Source of the DNA: an uncultured Bacteroidota bacterium
GTDB taxonomy: Bacteria > Bacteroidota > Ignavibacteria > UBA10030 > UBA6906
Length of the DNA stretch: 64,000 bases
Reading direction: 5' to 3'
NCBI GenBank assembly: GCA_963700635.1
Contig: CAVOYH010000003.1
Location: forward strand, 64,001-128,000
Shown piece after piece: positions 1-11,099 of this stretch. Numbering within the stretch: position 1 is the stretch's first letter; each line of letters begins with the position of its first letter. Position numbers and translations under genes: made by a program. The notes below the pieces were generated by a model, which was not told where the DNA came from, did not search any database, and saw only the letters and a program-made list of their open reading frames with translations.

Positions 1-92
1 GAAAGCGGATGTGCCCTGATGTCCGCCGCGAACCGGTCCGCAAGCAGTTCAAGTCGGTTTGACTGGACGATCTGGAGGCTGTGGTTGCTCAT
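1..92 (-). CDS. recC: 5' part of probable exodeoxyribonuclease V gamma subunit (RecC), runs off the window edge
   Basis: Not in the ORF track. Manual translation from ATG at 92: MSNHSLQIVQSNRLELLADRFAADIRAHPL, matching the RecC N-terminal 'SNRLE.L' pattern. Only 30 codons are visible. Confidence 0.6.
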   Translation of the reverse strand, partial: MSNHSLQIVQSNRLELLADRFAADIRAHPL

Positions 93-179
93 CAATGTCG
101 GGAACTCATCGGTTGTGTGCAGAGAGGATTCCCCGATCCGGCTACACGCAGTCGTGGCATCAGGGTACTCCCCTCCGGC

Positions 180-1475
180 TTAGTATACAGTGACAATATC
201 AGCAGTGGGATAGTAGTGATGTAAGATCTGCTCTGCCGTCCGGCCGGCCAGAGCCATGCCGACCGCGCCTGACTGACACATACCCACGCCGTGCCCCCAC
301 CCTGCGCCTTTCACGAGAAACCTGTCCGGTCGTTTCGGCGGCCCCTGTGGAGTAATGACAACACAGGAGCTTCGCAGCGGCGGATTCCAGGCCTGACGGA
401 ATTCAAGTTCCGAGGAAACCCGGAGTCTTCCCTGCTCTCCAACAAACACGGCGCTGAGAATCCTGCCGGAATTCCCGCGCCGGACGGAATCTATGCGGAG
501 AAGGCGACCCACCTGGCCGCCGTTTGTGCTCTTCAACTTGATAGAATCTGCGGCCGTAGGCACTTCCCACCGCCAGTATTTCCGGCTCCAGTCGGGAAGT
601 CCCGGATTGGTCAGAGGATTGCAGTATGTCGCAGGGCCGGAATGTAACCAGCGGCGTAACACCCCTTCGTCATTCAGGGAGTCCGCCTCCAGAGTATCCG
701 CATCAATGTGCGCACTCCAGTACGGCTGCGGACCGCTACGCCCCGGCCAAACGTTTTCCACGCTTTCTGAATGTCCGCCGCAGTTGGAAGCAAAGAATGC
801 GTTGATGGGTGCACCACGGGACTGCAGTATGATCCCCCGCGTAGCACGGATGGCGCGGTCAATCTCCGCAGTACTCCGTGTTATCCCCCCAAACACCTGA
901 CAGTCAACATCACCGCAAATGTCATATCCGTCGTTTGCATACATCCGATTTCGCAAGGCCGCAAACGCTTCAGACCGTGCGGCAACGGACTGTGCGCGTA
1001 AAGCCTCGAATGGAGCCGTCCCGATCTCATACGGAACCACGCCACGGAGATACCGCTCCACCGGGAGGGAGATGACCAGGCTGAGACGTCCGGGTGACTG
1101 AACACGAGCCCGGAGTTCTCCCTCGTACCGTCGATCTTCCTTTCCTTCCCACCACCACCCGATTCCGTACGGAACATCACGAATGAGAAGAGTTCCCGTG
1201 TCGCGTGCTGCACTCAGGATCAGAAGCGTGTCTTCCAGCACAACAGTCCCGCACTGTAACCGTACAAGCGTGTCACGGCAACTGAGAAGCACCTCACTGC
1301 CATCTTTCAGTATTGTCGCCCCGCGCGCCCGTGCATGCCATGTACCGCCGGGTACAAGGGTGACCCGGTCAAGGTTGGCGATAATCTGAACCCTGATTAC
1401 CGGTTCCTTTGCGCGAACCCCGCAGGAGACAAAAAGGCAGAGACACAACAGTAAGGCCAACGTTCTGAGTTTCAT
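180..1475 (-). CDS. SpoIID/LytB domain protein (lytic transglycosylase-like), with signal peptide
   Basis: Motifs 'ERYLRGVVPYE', 'EALRAQSVAARS', 'CQVFGG', 'GWGHGVGMCQSGA', 'QILHHYYP'. Start moved to MKLRTLALLLCLCLFVSC (ATG 1475); the longer ORF-track extension overlaps the opposite gene. Confidence 0.9.
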   Translation of the reverse strand: MKLRTLALLLCLCLFVSCGVRAKEPVIRVQIIANLDRVTLVPGGTWHARARGATILKDGSEVLLSCRDTLVRLQCGTVVLEDTLLILSAARDTGTLLIRDVPYGIGWWWEGKEDRRYEGELRARVQSPGRLSLVISLPVERYLRGVVPYEIGTAPFEALRAQSVAARSEAFAALRNRMYANDGYDICGDVDCQVFGGITRSTAEIDRAIRATRGIILQSRGAPINAFFASNCGGHSESVENVWPGRSGPQPYWSAHIDADTLEADSLNDEGVLRRWLHSGPATYCNPLTNPGLPDWSRKYWRWEVPTAADSIKLKSTNGGQVGRLLRIDSVRRGNSGRILSAVFVGEQGRLRVSSELEFRQAWNPPLRSSCVVITPQGPPKRPDRFLVKGAGWGHGVGMCQSGAVGMALAGRTAEQILHHYYPTADIVTVY

Positions 1476-1663
1476 TGGTCCTGTATTAAGCGTTCGGCAG
1501 TTGAAGCAGGTTTGAAGACCTGGCGCCGGGGGCGCGGAATATATCTGGTGTAGTATAATCAAAATTTCCTCGGAAAGTCGCATGCAATTCTCTACCGTGA
1601 CTATCCAGAAACAATGTGGTATATATCCGGAAGGTCTGCAAACTCCATCTGCTGGAGATCCCC

Positions 1664-3000
1664 ATGAGACGCAAGACCCTCTCACTGTTCGGCATCGTGT
1701 GTCTTGCATCGGCCGCGGTCGTACAAAACTGGATCCGGGTAAACCTGCTCGGATACCTTCCACGCTCCACGAAAACCGCAGTGTGGGTTTCAAAGAGTCC
1801 GGTTCCCCACGCAAAGAAATGTGAGATCTGCGATGCCCGAACGGGGGAGAGTGTGTTCCAGTTGCCGGTGATGGAGGAATGCGGAGCGTACGGCCTCTTT
1901 GCATCCACATGGCGACTAGATTTCTCGGCTCTCTCTTGCACCCGGGGAATATATCATCACAGTGGACTCCACATTCATTGACGTGACCGGCTGCTGGCAT
2001 GACGCGGCTGACTACCTCCAGTACGTCACCACATCGGCATCGGCGACCTATCAGCTACTCTTCGCCTACAAAGAAAGCCCCGAGGCTTTTGGGGACACAT
2101 GTCAGGCAAACGGCCTCCCGGGAGGAAATGGTATACCGGATGTCCTAGATGAGGCGCGCTGGGGATTGGAGTGGCTCCTGAAAATGAGCCCGGCGCCGGG
2201 GATGATGTTCGATCAGATCGTTGCACGGGTGAACCGCAGGGGCTTGCCGGGTATTCGAACCGGTCCACGGGGATTGCATCAACGGCGGGAAAGTTTGCCT
2301 CCGCGTTCGGACTGGGAGCCATGGTCTTCAAACATACGGACTCATCGTTTGCAGGTACGCTGGGCGACAGAGCCCAGACCGCATACACCTACGGCCTGGA
2401 ACATCCGGGTGTGTGCCAGACTGCACCCTGCCGCACACCGTATTATTATGAAAAAGACAATTGGACGGACGACATGGAACTGGCGGCCGTGCAGCTCGCC
2501 CTTGCGACCGGTGAGGAGGATTTGCTGTCTGCTGCCCTGACAATTGCAGAACAGGAAAAGGTGGTACCCTGGATGGACGGAGGGAGAATCGGGCATTACC
2601 AGTGGCATCCGTTTCTCAATCTGGGGCATGTCGGGCTCACCCGCTGCAACAACCTGACAATCCGCAGGCAGACAGTTGAGTTTCTACGGCATGGGGTGGA
2701 GCGTGTCGCTCTGCGCACCCGGACGAGCCCATTCCGCATAGGGGTGCCGTTCATCTGATGTTCGAACAATCTCGTGTGTTCATTCCTTACACACGCCCGA
2801 CTCTATCGTGAGCTCTCGAACGACACCGCATGCGGTGATGTGGAGGCCGGAATGCGGGACTGGTTATGGGGATGTAATCCCTGGGGCACATCCATGGTGG
2901 TGGGCTTGCCCCGCAGCGGGACCTCTCCGCGTGACCCCCATTCGGCGTATTCCCATCTCCAAGGATACCCGGTTGACGGCGGACTAGTAGACGGTCCCAT
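1664..3000 (+). pseudogene. Glycoside hydrolase family 9 pseudogene
   Basis: Fragments in several frames: 'WIRVNLLGYLP' (N-terminal Ig-like), 'IDVTGCWHDAADY', 'NGIPDVLDEARWGLEWL', 'STAGKFASAF', 'WLWGCNPWGTSM', 'DPHS', 'GGLVDGP'. In-frame TGA at 2756-2758, apparent internal deletions, and no C-terminal catalytic-Glu segment. Confidence 0.8.
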
Positions 3001-3027
3001 TGCCGGATCGGGACCGGGTCAGGCACG

Positions 3028-3645
3028 TTGCGGGATCCGGTTGTTGTGCGGCCTCCAAACATCGTAGCTGGCGAAAAAGAAATCCTGGATGATCCGCGTC
3101 CTCTCCTGAGAAGCGGTGATACCGTACCAGTAAATTTTCTGCTGGAATTGATGATTACGCGGACTGACAACACGGCAGCCAACTGCCTCATCGATATCGC
3201 CGGCCGCGAGAACATCAACGCCCTCATGCACCGCTACGGATGGTATGGAAGTGAGGTCACGCGCAAGTTCCTCAAACGTGCGGTCGAGGATCCGGCGTAC
3301 AGAACCATACGGGGGACCGAGACATGCGCACTTCATGCTGCCGAGTTTCTCTTCCGTATTCAAACGAATCAGCTTATAAGTCCCTGGGTTAGCCAGCAGA
3401 TGAAGGTATTACTGGGGAGGCAACTGGACAGGTCGAAATTGGCGGCGGGTCTGCCGGACTCGGCAATGTTCTATCACAAGACGTGCTGGTGTTCGTACTG
3501 GACCCACGACGTCGGCATTGTAGACGACGAGAAAGTGCGCTACATCGTAGCGTGCTTTTTGCCGCTCAGGGAAGGGAGCGCACTGCCAGAGATGAGGGAA
3601 CTCTCTGAACGGGTCTATCAGCTGATGCGTACGCGGCAGCGATAG
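3028..3645 (+). pseudogene. N-terminally truncated class A beta-lactamase-like serine hydrolase
   Basis: 'LLELMITRTDNTAANCLI' (SDN to TDN), 'HKTC' (KTG to KTC) and 'HDVGIV'. No SxxK motif or signal peptide upstream; abuts the GH9 remnant. Confidence 0.65.
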
Positions 3646-3664
3646 CCTTCAGTGTTCTATGGCA

Positions 3665-4942
3665 CTATTTGCAAAGAAGGAGTTTCTTTGTTTCCCGATA
3701 GCCACCCGCCCGTAGTGTATAGAAATAAGTGCCACTGGGCAGATTCGTGGCATCAAATTGTACCTGATGATTGCCGGCATCCTGATCACATGCCACCAGA
3801 TCAACAATGGGCTGTCCCAGCATATTGTACACCTTAAGCGTGACGTATGATGAACCGGGGAGATCGTAGTTGATCGTGGTTGACGGATTGAATGGATTGG
3901 GATAGTTTTGAAACAAAGAATGATGCATTGGAGAGTTCGACGCTTGATCCTCGCTCACCGCACTTGGGAATTCAACGTACGTAACAATGGGTCCGGCCCA
4001 CGTCACCGCCCACCCGCGGACGCCACCACCCACCTGCGCGAAATCAAGAGTCCAGAAAGTGCCCTCCGAACTGAAGGAGAACACAGAAACCCAGTTCTTA
4101 CCGCCGTTGGTGCTCCTGTATATGGTTTTTCCCCTCGCAAGGTAGAAATCCCCACCGAACCCCGACACATCGGACTCTCCGGTATCACGACCAGGCAGGA
4201 CGATGCCAGTCCATGTGACCCCTCCATCCTCAGTCCAGACCCCAGCATTCCCATTAGTCATTACGCCTCTCAACGCATCCACGAACCATATTGAAACAAA
4301 ACCTCCATAGCCGGTGAAATGAAAGGACCACGTACCACCAGCATCTGTAGAGCGGTACGACCCCCTGGTTGAGCAAAACCAGAACTTGTCCTCCCCAGAG
4401 ACTGCAAAGTTAGTCACTACCCCCAGTTCGCCCTCGACCTGAAGAGGACCACTGCCCATAGGATTCCAGGTAGCTCCTCGATCGGTCGTCTTAAGTAGCA
4501 GGAATGACCCTCCGATAGGATCGCCGAGTGCGTAACCAATATTTGCATTTACCATCTTAAAGCCGTTCAAGAACGCACCGCTGGCAACAAGGGAATAGAC
4601 CTGTTGCCAATTCTTTCCCCCATTAGTTGTACGCCAAATGGCAGTGTTCCCTCCCAGATCGGGAGCGGATGTGATCATTGCTGTGTTGGAATCGATCGCT
4701 TCGATACCCCAGATGTTGCCCGTGACCGTTGGTGTCGTAACCATCTCCCACGAGGCACCGCCGTTCACCGTGCGCATGGTCGGACCGCCGTACTTGCCGA
4801 CAGTCCATCCCACATTCATATCAACGGCTTTCACAAAACCTAGAGGTTGACCGGTCGCAGCAACTTGTTCTGACCAACCGGTCTGACAAAGTGATGTCCC
4901 AACTGCGAAAATGATCAACAAGACTATCAATAGCTGTCTCAT
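3665..4942 (-). CDS. Secreted BNR/Asp-box (YCF48-like) beta-propeller protein with T9SS-type C-terminal domain
   Basis: Signal peptide; repeated (R/K)T(T/S)(N/D)GG.(T/S/N)W boxes; C-terminal 'QNYPNPFNPST...ETKKLLLCK'. Confidence 0.85.
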   Translation of the reverse strand: MRQLLIVLLIIFAVGTSLCQTGWSEQVAATGQPLGFVKAVDMNVGWTVGKYGGPTMRTVNGGASWEMVTTPTVTGNIWGIEAIDSNTAMITSAPDLGGNTAIWRTTNGGKNWQQVYSLVASGAFLNGFKMVNANIGYALGDPIGGSFLLLKTTDRGATWNPMGSGPLQVEGELGVVTNFAVSGEDKFWFCSTRGSYRSTDAGGTWSFHFTGYGGFVSIWFVDALRGVMTNGNAGVWTEDGGVTWTGIVLPGRDTGESDVSGFGGDFYLARGKTIYRSTNGGKNWVSVFSFSSEGTFWTLDFAQVGGGVRGWAVTWAGPIVTYVEFPSAVSEDQASNSPMHHSLFQNYPNPFNPSTTINYDLPGSSYVTLKVYNMLGQPIVDLVACDQDAGNHQVQFDATNLPSGTYFYTLRAGGYRETKKLLLCK

Positions 4943-4969
4943 TGCAATCCTCCCGCATAAAAATGGTTC

Positions 4970-6386
4970 TCAATTGCGGTGCGCTCTCAGCCATTTCAGG
5001 ATCGGTTGCCAGACCATCGCAGGAGCCTGAGGCGCAGCAAAGAGATCGATGTGACCGAATTCAGTCAACGGGTTTCCGGTCCCCAATTCGACGAGCTTAT
5101 GGGTGATATCCGCGCTGCCGAGCAACGTCGTCCCGTACATGGTATATGGCCCCAGACCGCCCTTCGCTCCGAGATTGAAGATGGGGACTCGTATCTCTCC
5201 GATGTGGTCATCGAAGGGACTGTCAACAACCTCTCCCACCCACTTGTCGAGGTCGATGATGAATTTGTTGGCTTCGTAAGGAACACCCGCCTCGAGAAAG
5301 TCTAGCCACTGCGGTATCGTTATGAGCTGCAAGTCGATCGGAAAGCCTGAATTGTCCATGACGCCTGCAAGGTAATGTGTCGTGAGGTCGTCACCAAAGA
5401 TTTGCCCGCTTCCGAACCAAAGGGCGACTTGAAGATTGGTGAAACCCAGAAACAACTCTGAATTTCCATCCGGACTTATTCGGGCCAAATTGCCGATCAG
5501 TTGAAACGGTATGTCAGCCTGGTATACCCCGCTGTTGCGAAGAGGTTCGTAAAGGCTCAAGTCATTGACGAATGACTGGCGCACAGCGGGATCATTTGAC
5601 TTCAGGAGCATGTCAGCACAAACAAAGCCCTTTATTTGGCGCGAACGAGCAGGCACTTGCGTCTCATGATTCAGGGCAGCATAGCCGGTCGCTCCACCGC
5701 TGCTATATCCCAATAAGATCATCTTGTCATACCCGTTGCCAGTCAGGAATCGTAACGAACGAGCGACCGCCATCGCGGATAAAAGATCATCAATGTTCCT
5801 CTGCATGCCCCAATCTTTCATGAACTCGAAATTCGTGGTTCCTGCAGGTACGATCGCCCAACCCTGATCAATGCCCCAGACATCGACATTATTTTCAGCG
5901 AGGAAGACCGCCAGACCAAAGTCATCCGGCGTATTGGCTGACCGTGTGCCCAGCAAAAACATACCCTCGAAATCTTTTGCGTCACCATGAAGAAGGAAGA
6001 TGGCGTCCTTTGACTTGCCGGGACGGCAGAAACTTGGTTCCTTTACCACACGGTGAATTCCAATTTTATCGTGGATTCCTGGTCCCACCCGGACCTGAAA
6101 CTTGTAGTGGACAATTCCTCCTGCAATGAGTTGACGCTCGAATCCGAGGATATATCTTCCGCACTGCACCTTGGCCAATGAGCCGGCTGATGCCGTTTCT
6201 CCTCCTCCCGCAAGCTCCCATCCACTTAATCCGATTACCTCAAGTGCTATTGGTTCGGCATCCCCAGTTTCTGTGACAGAGGGTTGTTGCCCCGCATCAT
6301 CGGCAACCGGAGGCTGTTTTTCGCACCCCCAGAAAACCAGAAGAGTGAGCAGAAGGCCGGTGTATAGCAGCGCGCAGGAGCCGCAT
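4970..6386 (-). CDS. Alpha/beta-hydrolase lipoprotein (one +1 frameshift near 6370)
   Basis: 'LLHG', nucleophile elbow 'GYSSGG' and C-terminal 'FGHID'. AGGAGG precedes ATG 6386. Removing one base joins MRLLR to LLYTGLLLTLLVFWG-C (lipobox) in the frame of ORF 4970..6178. Confidence 0.75.
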
Positions 6387-6561
6387 GGAATCCTCCTTGG
6401 TAAGTTGTTGGAATGCTGGCTGGCGGAAAAATGTTTCCGTCACCCAAATGCCGGTAACCGGTGGAAGGATCAGTTCGTTTCAAGTGTATAGCATTCCTGC
6501 TACAACGTCCAGAAAAACAATATGCAATCTCTTGTTGACATTCCTTGTAGTCACTGGAGGG

Positions 6562-6973
6562 CTATCTTGGTACGCTCGTCCCCTTTGTTCCAATCCGGGG
6601 AGACTTCGGGTCACTGAGTGATTTCTTCAGTTCGCTATGTGAAGAGGCGATGACAACACCTTTCCTGAGTTGTGCGAAGGCGACACCGAATGTCCTTTTT
6701 ACCCACCGATAGAACGACCAGTCATTCAAAAAACCGAGTTCAGAACCGATTTGATAGCCATACAAACGTCTATCCCTCAAACGTCGACACCACATGTTCC
6801 TGCCTGCGTTTGTTCACATACGCACCGACCGTCATCCCATAGCGCTGCCGGAAGATTCGATCCAGGTTTCCCGGGTCAACGCAAAATTCGGCCGCGACAT
6901 CTTTCAGGGTCCGCCCCTCCTGCCAATGATTCACAAAATATGCGAGACCTTTGTCATAACGTACAGTGCTCAT
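6562..6973 (-). CDS. Stand-alone AraC-type double-HTH regulator (one frameshift near 6785)
   Basis: ORF 6770..6973 'TLKDVAAEFCVDPGNLDRIFRQRYGMTVGAYV' plus ORF 6562..6795 'YQIGSELGFLNDWSFYRWVKRTFG' give the two AraC HTHs. No sensor domain. Confidence 0.75.
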
Positions 6974-7093
6974 GCGGCGTCAGGAAGGGTGCATGGGTGT
7001 GACAGGATTGAATGTCATGACAACAGGCGTTTTCGACAGGTCCCGCCAGCGATAATGATCAGGAACCCGGGAGCAACAATGCCGGTGCCTACT

Positions 7094-7123
7094 GGTTAGT
7101 CGGGTGAGTGAACGAAAGGTTAC
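7094..7123 (-). promoter_or_regulatory. Candidate ECF promoter upstream of the AraC gene
   Basis: Minus strand GTAACC-N15-CGACTAACC, with the same layout as the site at 10313-10342. Confidence 0.55.
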
Positions 7124-7163
7124 AAAGAGATCATGAGGGGGACTGCCCTGGTACAATACGGAG

Positions 7164-10100
7164 CTATCGCGCTTGCCAATCCCCCGTCGCCACATATGCC
7201 CCCCAGGTAAACGGATGGTCCGGCCTGCCGCGTAGCCGCTGTTCTCTGATGCGCTCCAAGGCGACTTTCTGCATCAGGGCGGGGTACGGGATCTTCTCAC
7301 CCCCGGTTCTATGTGAAGGCAACATGGTAGCATAGAGATCTTTCATAAACTTCATCGTTTCAAGGTCAGGCACCTGCCAGAGAGTACTCACCACGGATTT
7401 CGCTCCAGCTATCTGGAAAGCCCGACGCAAACCGTAGACGCCTTCACCTTGTTTGACGTTTCCCAGTCCTGATTCACACGCAGAAAGTACAACAAGTTCC
7501 ACGCCCTCAAGGGGTAAGGCGGAGACCTCCAGAGCGGTAAGGATGCCGTCTTCAGTTCCATATTCCCTGGCGCCCCGACCGTGCAAATTTGCTCCGGCAA
7601 GAAGCAATCCCGACAGAAGCAAAGGATTTTCCCCGTTGCCCGACCCTTCTGATCCGGCAGGTGGACGCGAGGCATCCAGAAAGTATCCGTGCGTCGCGAG
7701 GTGTAACACCCGCTTGCCGGCCGATGTTGCCTTGAACACCTCTTCACTCGCCATGGATCCCACCAGATGAACCACAGGCTCTGACGGATTGTACTCGCGC
7801 CAGGTATCCACAATTCCCCCGACTTCGATCCTTGTGTTATATAGACGTGAAACCGTCATGCTCTTCAACTGTTCACAACCAGATCGCATGTTGCGAAGTT
7901 GATATGGATCCTCAGATCCAGAGTTCCTCACAGCAGACGGACGAGAGGCAATTCGTTCTGACGCCGGCGCATCAAAATCCGGATCCCCCAGCGCGAGCAG
8001 TCCGGATCCGGACGAACCAGCACCCTCCTTGGGAATGATATCACGAACAGCAGAGAGACTATGCAATAAGTTTTTTTCAATGATGTACTTTCGATCGCTA
8101 CCCATCAATGCGGCAAATGAGACCAGATTCAATCCGCCATCCGGGGCGACACAGATCATCCTTCGGCCGTTCAGAACGGATTCGAATGGCCGCCAAACAA
8201 GATCGTATAAGGTGGCCGCAATCTTTCGGTATTCCATCCCTTCCTTTGTACCAACCGGTTTCCGCCGTTCGGCAATTACTGCCATGTGCCTCCGGTAAAG
8301 GTCGACGGTCCGGTCTATTATTGCCGCATCACCCAAATTGAAAAGACTGGCCCTCCCTGATTTCTCCACTACGAGGGCGATGTATCGAGGGGTCACCGTA
8401 TCAGGATTCACGAACACGTAATTGATGAGCACAAACTCAACCGCGACGGCGTCGCGGGGCATGTGACGTATGACCTCATCAACGTCCACCCGCTGTTCTC
8501 GCACTGTTTGAGGAAAACTTGCACTCTGCCGTGCGAGCGAGGATTCCAGCTGATTCACCCTACGTTCGAGGGAATCGATCCCCCGGTTAAACACTGCTTC
8601 ACTTTGATCTTGAAGACCGTTGACGATACCGCGTTGCCAGGTGAAAACGTGTGGAGCGATATTCATCGGCCAACTGCGACTGTAAGGGAATCGGTCTCGC
8701 GAACGAGCCTTTGTCTGCGAAGAAAGGCCTGCTCCGTTGCCTGGCCTTTGGTCGAGAGGACAATCCCCGCTATCTTCTGGATGGCAGCTTGATCGGAGGG
8801 CTGAGCATCAAGAAATATTGAAATGTATCCGTCTACCGAACGACGCAATGAAGATGAATAGGAATGGGCATTCTTCTCGGACAACACACGGACGTTCCGG
8901 TGGAAATTCCTCATTCGGACGTTAACCGCGTGTTCAGCCATCTCCAGGGCTTTGGGATAATCACCGACCCTTCTATAGTACTCACCATACGTATCAAGAA
9001 TTGTTGCGAGAGTCGGGTTTTCGGAAGTCATACGATCGTGCTGCGTTGCAAGCGCCAGACTGAGGAGAGAGTCAGCGAGGCAGAATCTTCCTGTGTGCAT
9101 GTACGTGCGGGCGAGCCCGAGCCATGCTGGCACGTTCCGCGCAGTCCCGCTGCCCCAGAGAGAATCCGTCAGAATCAAGGCCTCCACAAACAGGGACTCG
9201 GCGAGCGTGTACTGTTTTGCCATACCAATAACATTCACCCAACAACCGCATCGCCATCGCAGTTCGCGTCTGGGGTTCAGCGAGATGTCGCCAGCACTCG
9301 ATCGCTTTTGAAAGCGGACCTACTGCGTCTGCGTGCCTTCCCCGCGCAACCAGCGTTGCTCCCCTTCCCAGAAACCACCTACCAAGCATTGGATCATCCG
9401 GCCGGAGCTTTTCTTCGATGGAGACGCGGGTACGGTTCCCAAGAGCTTCGGCTTCCTCGAACCTCCCTTGGAGTTCATAGTGCTGGGCGAGATTGCCCAA
9501 ACAGATAGCTGTTCGCACGGAAGCAGATCCGTACTTTGTTTCCCAGTTTTGAAGAGCTTCCTCCAGGAGAGGTTCTGCCTCATCAAACCATCCCAATGAC
9601 CAATAGGTCACAGCCAGCATCGTCAGCGTATATGCCAGACTCGGGTCATCGGGGTGCAATACCCTTCGGAGTCCCTCGAGTGCTTTCCTGTACAGGTAAA
9701 CGGCCTTTGTGTAGTCCCCCTGCCTCTGATAGTAGGATGCAAGGTTATGGAGTGCTGAGGGGTATCTGGCCTGTTCGGTCGCATGAGCCTTTTCATATAT
9801 CTGGAGCGCCTGCTCCAGGACTCTTTTCGCCTCGACATCCCTCCTGAGGGTGAGGTAGATTTCCGAGAGCTCGAGAAAAGCGTCAGCGACTCTGGGGTGA
9901 TGAGGACCGTACACGCTCTCTTTGATCTCGCATGACCGTTTAGCATGCACCAGCGCTTCCTGGGGAAGCACAATGGTGGCACTCGTGAGTAATGCGGCTA
10001 GCACATCCAACACATTTGCCACAATCGTGTCCGCTCTCCCGAATTCCATTTCCGCTTTGGGAAGAGCTTGTCTGGCCAGGTCCAGGGCGGCAGGCATGGC

Positions 10101-10229
10101 AGGTCCGAAGCCGACGGCGAGTAACGAATCGGCTTGGTGAAGGAGTTCTTTCCAGGTCTGAGCGTGGGCGGGTGGGAAACAATCGAACAGAAGGATCAGC
10201 ACGACAACAACCGAAATTCTGGCCGACAT
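7164..10229 (-). CDS. Secreted TPR-repeat + CHAT (caspase-like) protease, split by frameshifts near 9217 and 8640-8672
   Basis: Signal peptide MSARISVVVVLILLFDCFPPAHA/QTW; multiple kinesin-light-chain-type TPRs ('LHNLASYYQRQGDYTKA', 'LGNLAQHYELQGRFEEAE'); CHAT dyad motifs 'HLATHG' and 'LSACESG'; 'HPFTWGAY'. The three ORF-track pieces are colinear. Confidence 0.88.
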
Positions 10230-10312
10230 CGGAGGACCCCCGAGTGAGGATGGGAATAGAATAAAGATAGCGATATAGATATGGCGTGTCAACTCCAGAC
10301 ACTACCAACCAA

Positions 10313-10342
10313 GGTTAGTAACCGGGTTGTTCGAATGGTTTC
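10313..10342 (-). promoter_or_regulatory. Candidate ECF promoter upstream of TPR-CHAT
   Basis: Minus strand GAAACC-N15-TTACTAACC; shares TTCG in the spacer with the 7094-7123 site. Confidence 0.55.
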
Positions 10343-10485
10343 GATCGATGTACGCTGATTCATGTGGGACCCGCATGCGATACGGTTTCCTCATTTTGAA
10401 ATGTCGTGGACAAGATGTACATTTCGCTCGCCTTGCGCACACAGCCACTGATTCTGGGGCACGATCTCACAACGGTTACTGAATC

Positions 10486-11010
10486 TTGACGGATCAGGAA
10501 ATCATCAGGGGATTTCTGAAGGGGTCCAAACGCGAGTACGCCGAGGTACTCGGTTGGATTAGCGCTGTCGTCCATGCGCGAATATGGGTGAACAGGGTCG
10601 CACCCGAAGACGCCATCGCCGATACCAGACTGAAACTACTCCTGAATTTCCGCCAGAACACCTTCCGGCTTGAGTCTTCGCTGAAGACATATGTCCAACG
10701 TATTACGCTCTACACACTTGTGGACACGATCCGTCGACAGAAGAAGTACGCTCCTCTGGACACTGAAGGTATTCCGGCCGACACCACCAATCCCCACTCC
10801 CAACTGGAGAGTGATGAGCAACTGGCGTTGCTCGAACGTGCCATGGCCATTCTGCCGGATACGTGCCAGGCGTTGTTCCGCATGGTCCTTCAGGAGAAGA
10901 TCCGATACAAGGGTATTGCGTCACAAGAGGGTACAACAGAAGGTGCAATAAAGACACGATTTGCTAGGTGCAAAGCCAGACTTACTGAAATCATGCGTCT
11001 TATAGGATGA
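10486..11010 (+). CDS. ECF RNA polymerase sigma factor
   Basis: 174 aa; region 2 'PEDAIADTRLKL...SSLKTYVQRI...DTIRR'; region 4 'LPDTCQALF...YKGIA...EGAIKTRFARCKARL'. TTG start. Confidence 0.92.
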   Translation: MTDQEIIRGFLKGSKREYAEVLGWISAVVHARIWVNRVAPEDAIADTRLKLLLNFRQNTFRLESSLKTYVQRITLYTLVDTIRRQKKYAPLDTEGIPADTTNPHSQLESDEQLALLERAMAILPDTCQALFRMVLQEKIRYKGIASQEGTTEGAIKTRFARCKARLTEIMRLIG

Positions 11011-11038
11011 CACATTCGGAGTGTTCCTACGACTATCC
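11008..11038 (+). promoter_or_regulatory. Weaker candidate ECF promoter between sigma and anti-sigma genes
   Basis: TGACAC-attcg..N16-CGACTATCC. The -10 and the TTCG match the other two sites; the -35 is divergent. Confidence 0.4.
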
Positions 11039-11099
11039 ATGGAGCACACGACGTCCATAGAACCGCACTGAACGAGTCAGAAAAAGCAGCATACCGACA

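Noticed and set aside
1476-2000. N-terminal extension of the 606-aa SpoIID ORF
   Set aside because: It overlaps the opposite-strand GH9 remnant, and a good signal peptide starts at 1475.
2756-2758. TGA recoding (Sec or Trp) in GH9
   Set aside because: The gene has other lesions, and TGA is a normal stop for many genes in this window.
3028-3645. Functional antibiotic-resistance beta-lactamase
   Set aside because: It lacks SxxK and a signal peptide, and the SDN and KTG motifs are altered.
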